Of a DNA stretch of 64,000 nucleotides, positions 14,555 through 26,100 are shown one piece after another. Origin of the DNA: Mobula hypostoma (taxonomy: Eukaryota). Each line of letters begins with the position of its first letter. Positions within the stretch are counted from its first letter, which is position 1. The stretch covers positions 237,584,001-237,648,000 of the forward strand of contig NC_086098.1 in the NCBI RefSeq assembly GCF_963921235.1. The letters are read 5' to 3'. Below the pieces are notes generated by a model. It was not told the origin of the DNA. It did no database searches and saw only the letters and a list, made by a program, of their open reading frames with translations. The position numbers and the translations under genes are program-made.

Positions 14555-17500
14555 AGGTCAGAAGACAGCTGAAACGGTTGCTGCAGGACCGGATGCTATC
14601 AGTACCAGGGTGCTCAAAGCCTGCGCCCTTCAGCTATGTGGAGAACTTCGCCATGTCTTCAACCTGAGCCTGAGGCTCCGGAGGGTTACTGTGCTGTGGA
14701 AGATGTCCTGCCTCGTCCCTGTGCAGAAGCCGCCGCACCCCAGCGGCCTCAATGACTACAAACCGGTGGCATTGACCTCCCACATCATGAAGCCCTGGAG
14801 AGACTTGTTCTGGAGCTGCTCTGGCCTATCGTTAGGCCACACTTAGATTCCCTCCAGTTCGCCTACAAGTCCCGACTAGGAGTTGATGATGCCATCGTCT
14901 ACCTGCTGACAACACACACAAAGTTGCTGGTGAACGCAGCAGGCCAGGCAGCATCTCTAGGAAGAGGTGCAGTCGACGTTTCAGGCCGAGACCCTTTGTC
15001 AGGACTAACTGAAGGAAGAGTGAGTAAGGGATTTGAAAGTTGGAGGGGGAGGGGGAGATCCAAAATGATAGGAGAAGACAAAGGGGGAGGGACGGAGCCA
15101 AGAGCTGGACAGGTCATAGGCAAAAGGGATACGAGAGGATCATGGGACAGGAGGTCCGGGAAGAAAGACGGGGGGGGGGTGACCCAGAGGATGGGCAAGA
15201 GGTATATTCAGAGGGACCGAGGGAGAAAAAGAAAAGTGAGATAAAGAATGTGTGTATAAAAATAAGTAACAGATGGGGTACGAGGGGGCGGTGGGGCATT
15301 AGCGGAAGTTAGAGAAGTCGATGTTCATGCCATCAGGTTGGAGGCTACCCAGACGGAATATAAGGTGTTGTTCCTCCAACCTTAGTGTGGCTTCATCTTT
15401 ACAGTAGATGAGGCCGTGGATAGACATGTCAGAATGGGAATGGGATGTAGAATTAAAATGTGTGGGCACTGGGAGATCCTGCTTTTTCTGGCGGACAGAG
15501 CTTAGGTGTTCAGCAAAGCGGTCTCCCAGTCTGCGTCGGGTCTCGCCAATATATAAAAGGCCACATCGGGAGCGTTGGACGCAGTATATCGCCCCAGCCG
15601 ACTCACAGGTGAAGTGTTGCCTCACCTGGAAGGTCTGTTTGGGGCCCTGAATGGTGGTAAGGGAGGAAGTGTAAGGGCATGTGTAGCACTTGTTCCGCTT
15701 ACATGGATAAGTGCCAGGACGGAGATCAGTGGGGAGGGTTTGGGGGGGGGGAACGAATGGACAAGGGAGTTGCGTAGGGAGCGATCCCCGCGGAATGCAG
15801 AGAGGGGTGGGAGGGAAAGATGTGGTTAGTGGTGGGATCCCGTTGGAGGTGGCGGAAGTTACGGAGAATAATATGTTGGACCCGGAGGCTGGTGGGGTGG
15901 TAGGTGAGGGCCAGGGGAACCCTATTCCTAGTGGGGTGGCGGGAGGATGGAGTGAGAGCAGATGTACGTGAAATGGGGGAGATGCGTTTAAGAGCAGAGT
16001 TGATAGTGGAGGAAGGGAAGCCCCTTTCTTTAAAAAAGGAAAACATCTCCCTCGTCCTAGAATGAAAAGCCTCATCCTGAGAGCAGATGCGGCGGAGACG
16101 GAGGAATTGCGAGAAGGGGATGGCGTTTTTGCAAGAGACAGGGTGAGAAGAGGAATAGTCCAGATAGCTGTGAGAGTCAGTAGGCTTATAGTAGACATCA
16201 GTGGATAAGCTGTCTCCAGAGACAGAAACAGAAAGATCTAGAAAGGGGAGGGAGGTGTCGGAAATGGACCAGGTAAACTTGAGGGCAGGGTGAAAGTTGG
16301 AGGCAAAGTTAATAAAGTCAACGAGCTCTGCATGCGTGCAGGAAGCAGCACCAATGCAGTCGTCGATGTAGCGAAGGAAAAGTGGGGGACACATACCAGA
16401 ATAGGCACGGAATATAGATTGTTCCACAAAGCCAACAAAAAGGCAGGCATAGCTCGAACCCATACGGGTGTCCATAGCTACACCTTTAGTTTGGAAGAAG
16501 TGGGAGTTCACCAGCAACTTTTGTGTGTGTTGATTGAATTTCCAGCATCTGCAGTATGCCTGTTGTCTACCTGCTGAACCGTGTCTACGCTCACCTGGAC
16601 AAGCCAGCGAGCAATGTGAGTGTCTTGTTTTTTGACTTCTCCTGTGCGTTCAACACCATCCGCCCTGCTCTGCAGGGAGAGAAACTAACAGCGATGCAGG
16701 TGGATGCTTTCCCGGTGTCATGGATTCTAGATTACCTGACTGGCAGTCCACAGTACGTGTGCTTGCAATACTGTGTGTCCGACAGAGCGATCAGCAGCAC
16801 TGGGGCTCCACAGAGGACTGTCTTGTATCCCTTTCGATTCACCATTTACACCTCGGACTTCAACTACTGCACAGAGTCTTGTCAACTTCAGAAGTTTTCG
16901 GATGACTCTGCCATAGTTGGATGCATCAGCAAGGGAGATGAGGCTGAGTACAGGGCTACGGTAGGAAACTTTGTCACATGGTGTGAGCAGAATTATCTGC
17001 AGCTTAATGTGAAATAGACTAAGGAGCTGGTGGTAGACCTGAGTAGAGCTAAGACACCGGTGACCGCTGTTTCCATCCAAGGGGTGAGTGTGGACATGGT
17101 GGACGATTACAAATACCTGGGGATACGAATTGAAAATAAACTGGACTGGTCAAAGAATACTGAGGCTGTCTACAAGAAAGGACAGAGCCGTCTCTATTTC
17201 CTGAGGAGACGGAGGTCCTTTAACATCTGTCGGACGATGCTGAGGATGTTCTACGAGTCTGTGGTGGCCAGTGCGATCATGTTTGCTGTTGTGTGCTTGG
17301 GCAGCTGGCTGAGGGTAGCAGACACCAACAGAATCAACAAACTCATTCGTAAGGCCAGTGATGTTGTGGAGATGGAACTGGACTCTCTGACGGTGGTGTC
17401 TGAAAAGAAGATGCTGTCCAAGTTGCATGCCATCTTGGACAATGTCTCCCATCCACTACATAATGTACTGGTTGGGCACAGGAGTACATTCAGCCAGAGA

Positions 17501-17752
17501 CTCATTCCACCGAGATGCAACACAGAGTGTCATAGGAAGTCATTCCTGCCTGTGGCCATCAAAATTTACAACTCCTGCCTTGGAGGGTCAGACACCCTGA
17601 GCCAATAGGCTGGTCCTGGTCTTATTTCTTGGCATAATTTACATATTACTATTTAATTATTTATGGTTTTATTACTATTTCATTATTTATGGTGCAACTG
17701 AAAGGAAAACCAATTTCCTCCAGGATTAATAAAGTATGACTGTGACTATGAC
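14555..17752 (+). mobile_element. Rex1/Babar-like LINE, split by a Penelope insertion at 14910-16564
   Basis: RT motifs ALTSHIMK, FFDFSCAFNTI and QKFSDDSAIVG; C-terminal DDYKYLG and QSRLYFLRR; AATAAA plus (TATGAC)n tail at about 17727-17752. Confidence 0.9.
14910..16564 (-). mobile_element. Penelope-like element (5'-truncated RT, GIY-YIG endonuclease, pseudo-LTR)
   Basis: RT motifs GVAMDTRMGSSYA and FLRYIDD; GIY-YIG-like GAIYCVQRSRCGLLYIGETRRRLGDRFAEH; 13-bp target duplication GTCTACCTGCTGA at 14897-14909 and 16565-16577. Confidence 0.93.
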
Positions 17753-18574
17753 CATCTGTTTTTTTATTTGTTTGTGATTGTTTGAATTTAATTAATTGAT
17801 CTATTAATGTGTGCTTACTTTATTTATCTGCCTATCTTTCTGTCTATCCATTTATTTATTTGCGGTTATTTGTCTTTGTGTGCAGTCTTTAATTGCATCT
17901 ACTGTGCTTTTTTATTCTACTGTGAATACCTGTAAGAACATGAAACTCAGGGTCGCATACGAAGACGTATACATACTATAACAACAAATTTACCTTAAAC
18001 TTTGAAGATAACTATGAGTTACAGAAGCCAGTGTGCGGGTGTGGCGGATGGTGACGGTGGTGTCAGGGCAGGAAGTGAGGCCGTTAACCTTCATTCAGGA
18101 ACTAAGGGAATCGATGGAGAGAATGGTCACGTCAGGGGGAAACACCCCTGCAGTGTAACATTCGCAGTGGTGGTAATACGTTGGCTTGAGGCTTCTCGGC
18201 GGCACGTTATCCACGACCATTCCCCGCAACGTACTGCCAGCAACCGAGTAAAGACAAGACACGATAAATCTACCGTTGTTTCCTTTTTTATTTAGAGTTG
18301 TGTTGCACAAGTTCAAATCACAGCACGGGAGATCGTTCCTGAGTCTACACACAGCGGTAGTTCAGACACATCATAGTTGGGACAATTCTACACAGAATTA
18401 TCCGTTGCAAAAGATGGATTATTATTGCCAACTGTTCTGAAATTATTAAACATTCTGATTGTTTCAATAAGCGAACATTACTACACAATTACATTGCAAT
18501 GGGCTGACCCAATCATTGTTTCACTGCATTAAACAAGAACAAACAATTCGCGTGTGCTGCCAGCCGGCACACTC

Positions 18575-18903
18575 TCACTGCGCACAGACGGACGAAGAGA
18601 TGGTGTTGGGCAGCGGCGAGCTCAGCGAGCTGTGGCTCACGCTGCAGGAATAACTCGAGCCCTTGTTCCAGGCAGCGGTGGTTAGCCGCAGGTAACTGCT
18701 CAGCCTGTAGGTCTGGTCGGTGTCCAGGGAGACAGTGCCTGTCGTCACGCCGCTCTCCGTCTCGACTCCATCCACGCTCCAGCGCAGCGCTACCAAGCCC
18801 GGCTTAAAACCACTCACCAGACAGGACAGAGTGGCCGAACCGGTGCCGGTCTCCTCCAGAGAGGGAGGGAGCAGGAGAACTGAGGGCTCCCGGGAATCGC
18901 TAC
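18575..18903 (-). CDS. Ig light-chain constant exon (sigma-cart/type I class), open frame
   Basis: Acceptor ...cacatag|GT at 18903; translates (S)SDSREPSVLLLPPSLEETGTGSATLSCLVSGFKPGLVALRWSVDG...YSCSVSHSSLSSPLPNTISSSVCAQ*. Both C1 cysteines, the Trp and the terminal inter-chain Cys are present. Confidence 0.95.
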
Positions 18904-20816
18904 CTATGTGATAGAGGAGACGGAGGGGAAAAGAAACTATATTATTTCATGGACTGTTGAGATATAGAAACGCCGGCGCCAAAATTAACACAGGCATTGG
19001 GATACAGTAAACGAGCACATTTGACTCATCGGGTGCAAATCTTTGAGTGAAGAGTTGCCCGGATAATTCGCAGCCTTGCGCGGCTACGACGTGACATCAT
19101 TTATTTAAAAAGAAAATGTTTTTGAATCCACTCCGCTCCCGGCACTGAATTGTGTTAAAAGATAACTTCAACACTACTCAATCTCTTTGCTGATTGCCCA
19201 CACCATGCCCATATGATTGGTCCCTTTAGTGAGACCATTTCCTTGTTGTTCTCCAATAACTCCCCAAATGTTGAACTCTTAGGACGATAACTGAAAATCT
19301 TAACACCTTCAGTTGATGATAGAATGCAGTCTCCTTGGGATATCCCGAGTGCGGGAATGCTCAGTCGATATCTAAGACTCAGTACCCAATCAGTAAGGAG
19401 GACATGACGGGAAAAGAGGAGGTCTGTGAACCGGTGAGAAGCGGGAAGAGGCGAAACGACTCATTTAGACCCACATTGCATTCCGAACCCCTAGTAACCC
19501 GTCTATTGCCGCTCGACTCTCTGACCAACCTGTTTTCTACCCGGTACCTTCCCCTAGTGTGTATTATTTTTCAAGTCTGATGTTCTTCTCTTGTGCTTTC
19601 TACAATCACAATGACACAGTTCTTAACAACAAACTGTCAATTGCTTTAACTTGAAGTGGTGAACATCTTGCTTTGTCGTGCAGGATTTATCGCACCCAGA
19701 AAAATTATGGAATATTCGCGACAAAGATTTTCTCAGATGAGGTGAATGAAGAGGGAAGGGTAGCTGCCGTGCTTGTGGTAGCGATCATTTTCCCCTAATT
19801 ATGTGTGAACATTATCCAAGATCGTATGGGAGATAACGATAGAACAGACGGTCAAGACTTTTTCGCCAGGGCAGAAATCTAAGTCGAGAGGAGGAAAATT
19901 TAAAGGAGAAGTTCGGTGAATGTTTATTTTTGTACAGAGTGATGGGTTCATGAGGTGGAGGAAGCATCAACGATAGGGATTGTCAAAAATCCGTTAGACG
20001 ACCACATGGGTTTGCTGAGACTGGAGGGATATGGAGTATGTGTGGACAGTAGATTGCTTTAATTTGAGATCATATAGCGGCAGCTGTAATAAGACTACTG
20101 AGTGGTTCTCTGGTACGATACGATAGACGATTGACCTCACAATCTGCCTCCTTATGGTCTTGCAACTTATCTACCTGAATTGCATTTCCTGTGTATCTGG
20201 TACATTTTATTCTGCATTAAGCTGTCTTTAACTCAATGCACTGTCATCACGTGATCTTTAAATACAGTGTGCAAGACAAACTTTTAATTGCATCTTGTGA
20301 AAAGTAGCAATAGTAAACCAATGCTAAAATACAATCCACGGGTCCTATTGTGTTAAAAATGACGGAGGGAGGTCGGAAAGTATTGATTTCGCCTACACCG
20401 ACTAAAGTAGGTCAAACGTATCTAACAAAATATTTGTTCACAAGTTAAACGATCATTAATTGTTATACTTGACTCGATGGTCTGAAAGGCCTCTTTGACG
20501 GACTGAGACAGATGGAACCTCCCACAGCGTAGAAATATGACAAGCCTTACCAGGACGGGATTTTATCCAGCTGTGAGGAATAGGTATGGCTGTATTAGGA
20601 ATTGTTTGCAAAGAATGAGAGAGTCACTTACTCATTAATTTAATTCTTGAGGTTAACTGGATGGGCTGAACGGCCTGTTTGCCAGACAGAGACGGATGGA
20701 ACCTCCCACCGTGTAGAAAAATGACAAGCCTTCCCTGGATGGGGTTTTATCCAGCTGTGGGGAATGAGAGTGGCTGTAATAGGATATTTTTGGAACAGAA
20801 TGACAGAGTTACTTAC

Positions 20817-21172
20817 TCTTAATATCCAGGATGGTGCCTGGACCGAGGATAACTCCATTATCCCACGTTCCACAGTAATAGACGGCGGAATCCCGGGGTT
20901 CCAAACTGCTGATGGTCAGGATGTGGCTATTGCTGGAGGTGTCTTTGGACGGTTGAAAACGGTCTGTGATCCCTGTTCCTCGGTATATATTATTGTTTGG
21001 GTAATGTACTAACACCCACTTCGGTCTCTCCCCGGGACGCTGTCGGTACCAGTTCATGTAGTAACTTCCAACATTACCGTTCTGAGATTATCCGAGACTA
21101 AGCGGGCGGTTTGTCCCGCGGAAACAGGTCGGGACATTGGGGTCTGGTTAAGCACTGGGGCCGCGTGGATAT
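20817..21172 (-). CDS. Pre-joined VJ exon of the Ig light chain (frameshifted in FR1)
   Basis: DIHAAPVLNQTPMSRPVSAGQTARL...(shift)...QNGNVGSYYMNWYRQRPGERPKW...DSAVYYCGTWDNGVILGPGTILDIK, then donor A|GTAAGT. No RSS between V and J. Confidence 0.93.
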
Positions 21173-21279
21173 CTGCAATAAAGCACAATAAAACCACTGG
21201 GTGACTTGGAGCAAAATAAAAATCAGCAGTACTCCCAATTATAAAGTAAACTCCGTGCGTAAACCAATCCGACTCTCAC

Positions 21280-21328
21280 CTGGTAAATGAACCAGCAGAA
21301 CCCACAGAAGATGCAGCGCTGGGGACAT
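21280..21328 (-). CDS. Ig light-chain leader exon
   Basis: MSPALHLLWVLLVHLP, then G|GTGAG; 107-bp intron to the V acceptor ttattgcag. Confidence 0.92.
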
Positions 21329-21444
21329 TCCTCCGGACAGATGCAGACAGCGAGCACCCAAAAATTCCGACCGAACCATGCTCTGTTCTGCAAACTTCGG
21401 GAACTGCTCAGATTTTAGAGGCTACAAACTGGGGTGTTCGGGTC

Positions 21445-21500
21445 CGTTTATGAATTGGGATGTAAATTAGTGGGCGGCGCCAGGGAAATAATGTGGGCGG
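21445..21500 (-). promoter_or_regulatory. IgL promoter region: octamer variant ATTTACAT and two GC boxes
   Basis: ATGTAAAT at 21460-21467 (one mismatch to the octamer), 132 bp upstream of the ATG; GGGCGG at about 21472 and 21494. Confidence 0.55.
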
Positions 21501-23189
21501 AGATTGACATGCTGACCTTCGGAAACTTTGAATGCCCACTTGCTGATTTTTAAAACATTAAACCGTAATTTCAAGATTGCTTCATCTTCAGTTGTATCAA
21601 AAGGTTCCTGTAGAACTTTGGAGAAAACTCAGGCTAATTTTATTTTAGACATTGTTCCGGCTGCTCCCCTCTGGAACAGTGGGTGTGTGTGGAGGTGGCA
21701 CTCGGCCCCTTGTCTTTGCTCAGAATGGCTAATGAGAGCAAAACTTTTCAAGGTCACATCAAATTTCTGGAAAGGCTCTATGCCATCCTAAAATTACCTC
21801 GACAATACATCGGTTCCTGTCTAAGAATATATAATTCCAGCAGAAAGCATGTCGCTGCTTTGCTTATGAGTGAATAAAGTTTGTCGCTAAAATGCATAAC
21901 TCTCAACCGACAAGTATTTCTCTCTATAGTTTGTAAAGCGAGCCTGGGCAGAATTTCATTTAAAGTCAGACTTTGGGGTCAGTCATTGTGCAAAGGCGTT
22001 GCAGTGGAACGCAATCAACGCATCTGGGCATTAGGAGTGCTCCTCTCGGCAGTGAATCTTCCGCGCATCATTAGATGGGATTTAGGGATGTTCAGCAATA
22101 ATTGCCCCGGTGATACAAACGGCTGCAGATGCTGTAACCTGAAGCAACTCAGAAAGATCTGGAATGACTGAACTGGTCGGGCAGTATCTATGCCGGGAAT
22201 TGGATAGTCGCCGTTTACGTCCGAGAACTTTCATCTGAAACCCCATTCATGTAATTTTCCTACAGTGAGATATTGAGGCATGAAATAAGACACGAACAAT
22301 GATCAGACAAGGCTGGTAGGAGCAAACACCAGTTTGACTACATTAGCTCCAGCAATAGGCCCTATCAACAAGAAAGGATCTGACCACCAGCCTGTGACGT
22401 TCCATGACCTTACTTCGCCATCAACACCGGGGGAACCTTTGAGCAGAAACCACAGGATTGATTAAATTGAGATTTATAAATTAGACCGTGGTCACAGGAT
22501 TGGGATTATAAAATTCAAAGTTCAAAATAAATTTACTGTCAAAGTGCGGTAAATCATCATATACTTCCCTGAGTTTCATTAAGTTGCGGGTATTCGCAGT
22601 AAATATTAAGTAATACGATAGAATCAAGGAAAGGCTAAATACTGAGACGGCCAAATAACCAATGTGCAAAATAAGACAAACTGTGCAAATACAAACAAAA
22701 AAATAAATGCATTCATAATTAGAGGAAGTAATAAACATTATTATTCCTTAAATAAACATTCACTTCACACTTCATGTCAACTTGTCGATCTCAGACCATA
22801 CCAGTCAGCACGTGTGCTAATATCTATTTTCTGACTTAGAGGAAGGGTGGTTCTTTTGTGTACATGTGTAAAGTTAATTGACCGTATACTTCAACAAGAA
22901 CTTGCACACATTGCCTCATCCTTTCGCCATTGAAAGAGACTCCAATTTAGAACATTTTTCTACACATGACCTCACGTTTTGCACATTGTATTCGGTATTT
23001 TGTATCCCTGCCTGTTTTCTTAACGTACGAACATCAACTCAGTCATTCTGCACTGTCCTGATACCCCTGATAATCAACAAACATGGCAATATTACACTTC
23101 GGTCCCTTGTCCAAATGTTTTGATATACACTGTGAACAGCTGGATTTCTTTCTTCAGTAAACTGTTGCAAGTCACTTTACAGGCGGCCT

Positions 23190-26100
23190 GCTGATGATCA
23201 ACATGCACTGCGTCCGGCTACTGAGTAAGTTATGACATCATTACCAAGGGATCACCAGGAGATTTGCCGATCACGTTTTCTGTCCCTGTTTCCCGGATGA
23301 TCTGCAGGCTCTTCCTTAATCTGAGGAGAGCGAAGATATAATTGATCAAAGTTACAGAGACGTAGTCAACCCGAAGTTGCAGGAGGCGAGTACCTGAGTG
23401 ACTATCAGGAAAAATGGAAATAGGCAGTTAGAACGCAGCTGCCCTGTGGCTATTCCCCTCAAAAACAAGTATACCGCTTTGGATACTTTTGTGGTGGATG
23501 ATCACCCGGGAGAGTGCCACCGCGACCGGGTTACAGGCACTGAGCATGGGTCAGGGTGTAGGAGAGAAATAGAGAGAAGAAAGGAGTGGAAGAGATAGAG
23601 GACTCGACAGAGAGGGGAACAGACAGGAGAATCTCGAGGTTTGAAAGGGACACCAGGATGGTATGTTGCCTCCCAAGTGCCACAGTCGGGGAGCAGACAG
23701 ACTTCTTGGAACATACTGGTTCCAATGAAACAGGAAGGAAAACAAATGAGACCCTGAAAAGGGAATTTAGAGAGCGAGGTAGAAAGTTAAGACGCAGGAC
23801 CTCCCGAGCAGTAATTTCTGGATTGCTGCCTGAGCCACGAGCCAGTGATGGTAGAAACGGGTAGACCATTTTGCAGATAAATGCGTGGCTGAGAAGCAGG
23901 GTGTCAGGCTCCTGCATAATTGGGATTTCTTCTGTGACAGGTATGACCTGTTCAAAAGTGATGGGTTGCACCTGAACGCGAGGGTGTCCAATATTCTCGC
24001 GGATGGGTTTGTCAGGGCTGTTGGCCAGTGGTTAAACTAACTTGGCAGGCTGGTGGGAACCGTAGTGGAGGGATTCAGGGTAGGATGGATGGCAAAAAGT
24101 AAAGATAGCATCAGGAAGATTGCCAGGAAGGGCACGCAGGTGATGGAACTTAGTTGCAGTCAGCAGGCTGAGTGTCAAATCATTCGGGATACAGAATCAG
24201 AAAGGATAGTAAATACGGAACTGAAGTTGTTGCACCTAAACTCCCATAGTTTCAGAAATAAAGTGGATGATCTTGTTGCATATTACAGATAGGTAAGTAT
24301 GATGTTGTAACCATCACTAAATCGTGGCTGAAGAATGGTTTTAGTTGGGAGCAGATTATCCAAGGTTACAAGTTACATCGGGGGGACAAGAGGGTAGGCA
24401 GAGGGAGTGGTGTGGCTCTACTGGTAAAAATAGTATCAGATCAATAGAAAGATATTACATAGGTTCGGAAGAAGTTGAATCCTTGTGGGTTGAGTTGAGA
24501 AACGGCAAGATAATAGGACATTGATGGCAGTTATATACAGGCCTCCCAACAGAGGCGGACGGTGGGCCACGTGTTACAACAGGAAATATAGAAGACGAGT
24601 CAAATGAGCAATGTAGTTACGGGAGACTTTAACATGCAGGTCGATTGGGAAAATCAGGCTGGTAATGGACCTCAAAAAAGTGAATTTGTTGAATGCCTTA
24701 GAGATAGATTTTTAGGGCAGTTTGTCGCTGAGCCTACAAGCAGATCAGTTGTACTTGATCGGGTGTTACGGATGAACCGGAGGCGATTAGGGAGCTTAAG
24801 GTCAAAGAACCCTCAAGGTTTACTCTTGTAAACCCTTACTGAGCTCATTAAATTTGACAGGAAGAAGTGAAGACTGATGTAGTGAAGTGAGGGAAATTTC
24901 AGTGGTATGAGCGAGGAGTTGGCCGAAGTAAATAGGAAGGACCTGCTAGCAGGCATGTCAGCAAAGCGGCAATAGCGTGCGTTTCTGGGAAAAATGAGGA
25001 AGGTGCAGGACATGTGTATTCCACCAATGAAGAAACACACAAATGGTAAAAGAGTACAATCGTGACTGACAATGAAAGTCAAAGCTATTTTTAAAAGCAA
25101 CAGAAAGAGCATACAACAGTGCAAAAAATAGTGGGAAGATGGAGGATTCGGAAGTTTTTTTAAAAAACAAACCTATAGACAGCAAATAAAATCATCATTA
25201 GAAGGGAGCAGATGAAATATGAAAGCAAGCTGGAAAATAATATCAAAGTGGATAGTAAAAGTTTTCTCAAGTATGCTAAAAATAAAAGAAAAATGGGAGT
25301 GGATATAGGACTGCTGGAAAATGAGGCAAGCGAAATCTGAACGGGGAAAAAGGAGATGACTGATGAATTAAATGAGTATTTTGCGTCATCGTGGAAGACA
25401 CGAGCGATGTGCGTGATGTTATGATGTATGAAGGAAGAAAAGTGGCTGGTGTTACTGTTACAGGAGAGAAGGTGCTCAAAAATCTGAAAGACCAAAAGGT
25501 AAATAAGTCACCCGGAACAGAGGAACCTCACCCTACTGTTCTGATAGCGGTCGCATTAGAGATTATGGTGGCATGAGAAATGATCTTCCAAAAATAATTA
25601 GACTCTGGCGTATTACAAGAGGACTGGAAAATTTTAAATGTTATTCCTCTGCTTAAGAAAGGAGAAAGGCAGCAGAATGCAAATTATGGACCAGTTAGCC
25701 TTACCTGAATGTTTGGGAAGACGTTAGAGCCCATTGTTGAGGATGAAGTGATGGACTACTTGGTTACACAGGACAACATAGTACATAATCAGCATGGTCT
25801 CCTTCAGCGAAAATTCTGCCTGACGAACCGTTTGGAATTCTTTGAGATTGCAAGGAGGATAAAGAGAATGCAGTGGATGTTGTATATTTCGGACTTTCAG
25901 AAGGCCTTTGACAAGGTGCCACACATGAGGCTTCCTATCAGTTTAAAAGCCAGTGGTATTACAGGAATATTCCTAACATGGTTAGAGCATTGGATGATTG
26001 GTAGGAGGCAGCGAAGGGAAATAATAGCATCCTTTTCGGGTTGGCTGAAGTGACTTGTTGTGTTCTGCAGCGGTCGGTGTTCGCACCAATTCTTCTTCTG

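Larger units (their letters stand above)
18575..21328 (-). pseudogene. Germline-joined Ig light-chain cluster (L-VJ-C), sigma-cart class, probable pseudogene
   Basis: Three exons with canonical phase-1 GT-AG sites. The leader-spliced V frame (codon start 21170) is offset 113 nt from the FR2-J frame (21057) and hits TGA. Cys23 is absent and the J motif reads LGPG. Confidence 0.8.
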
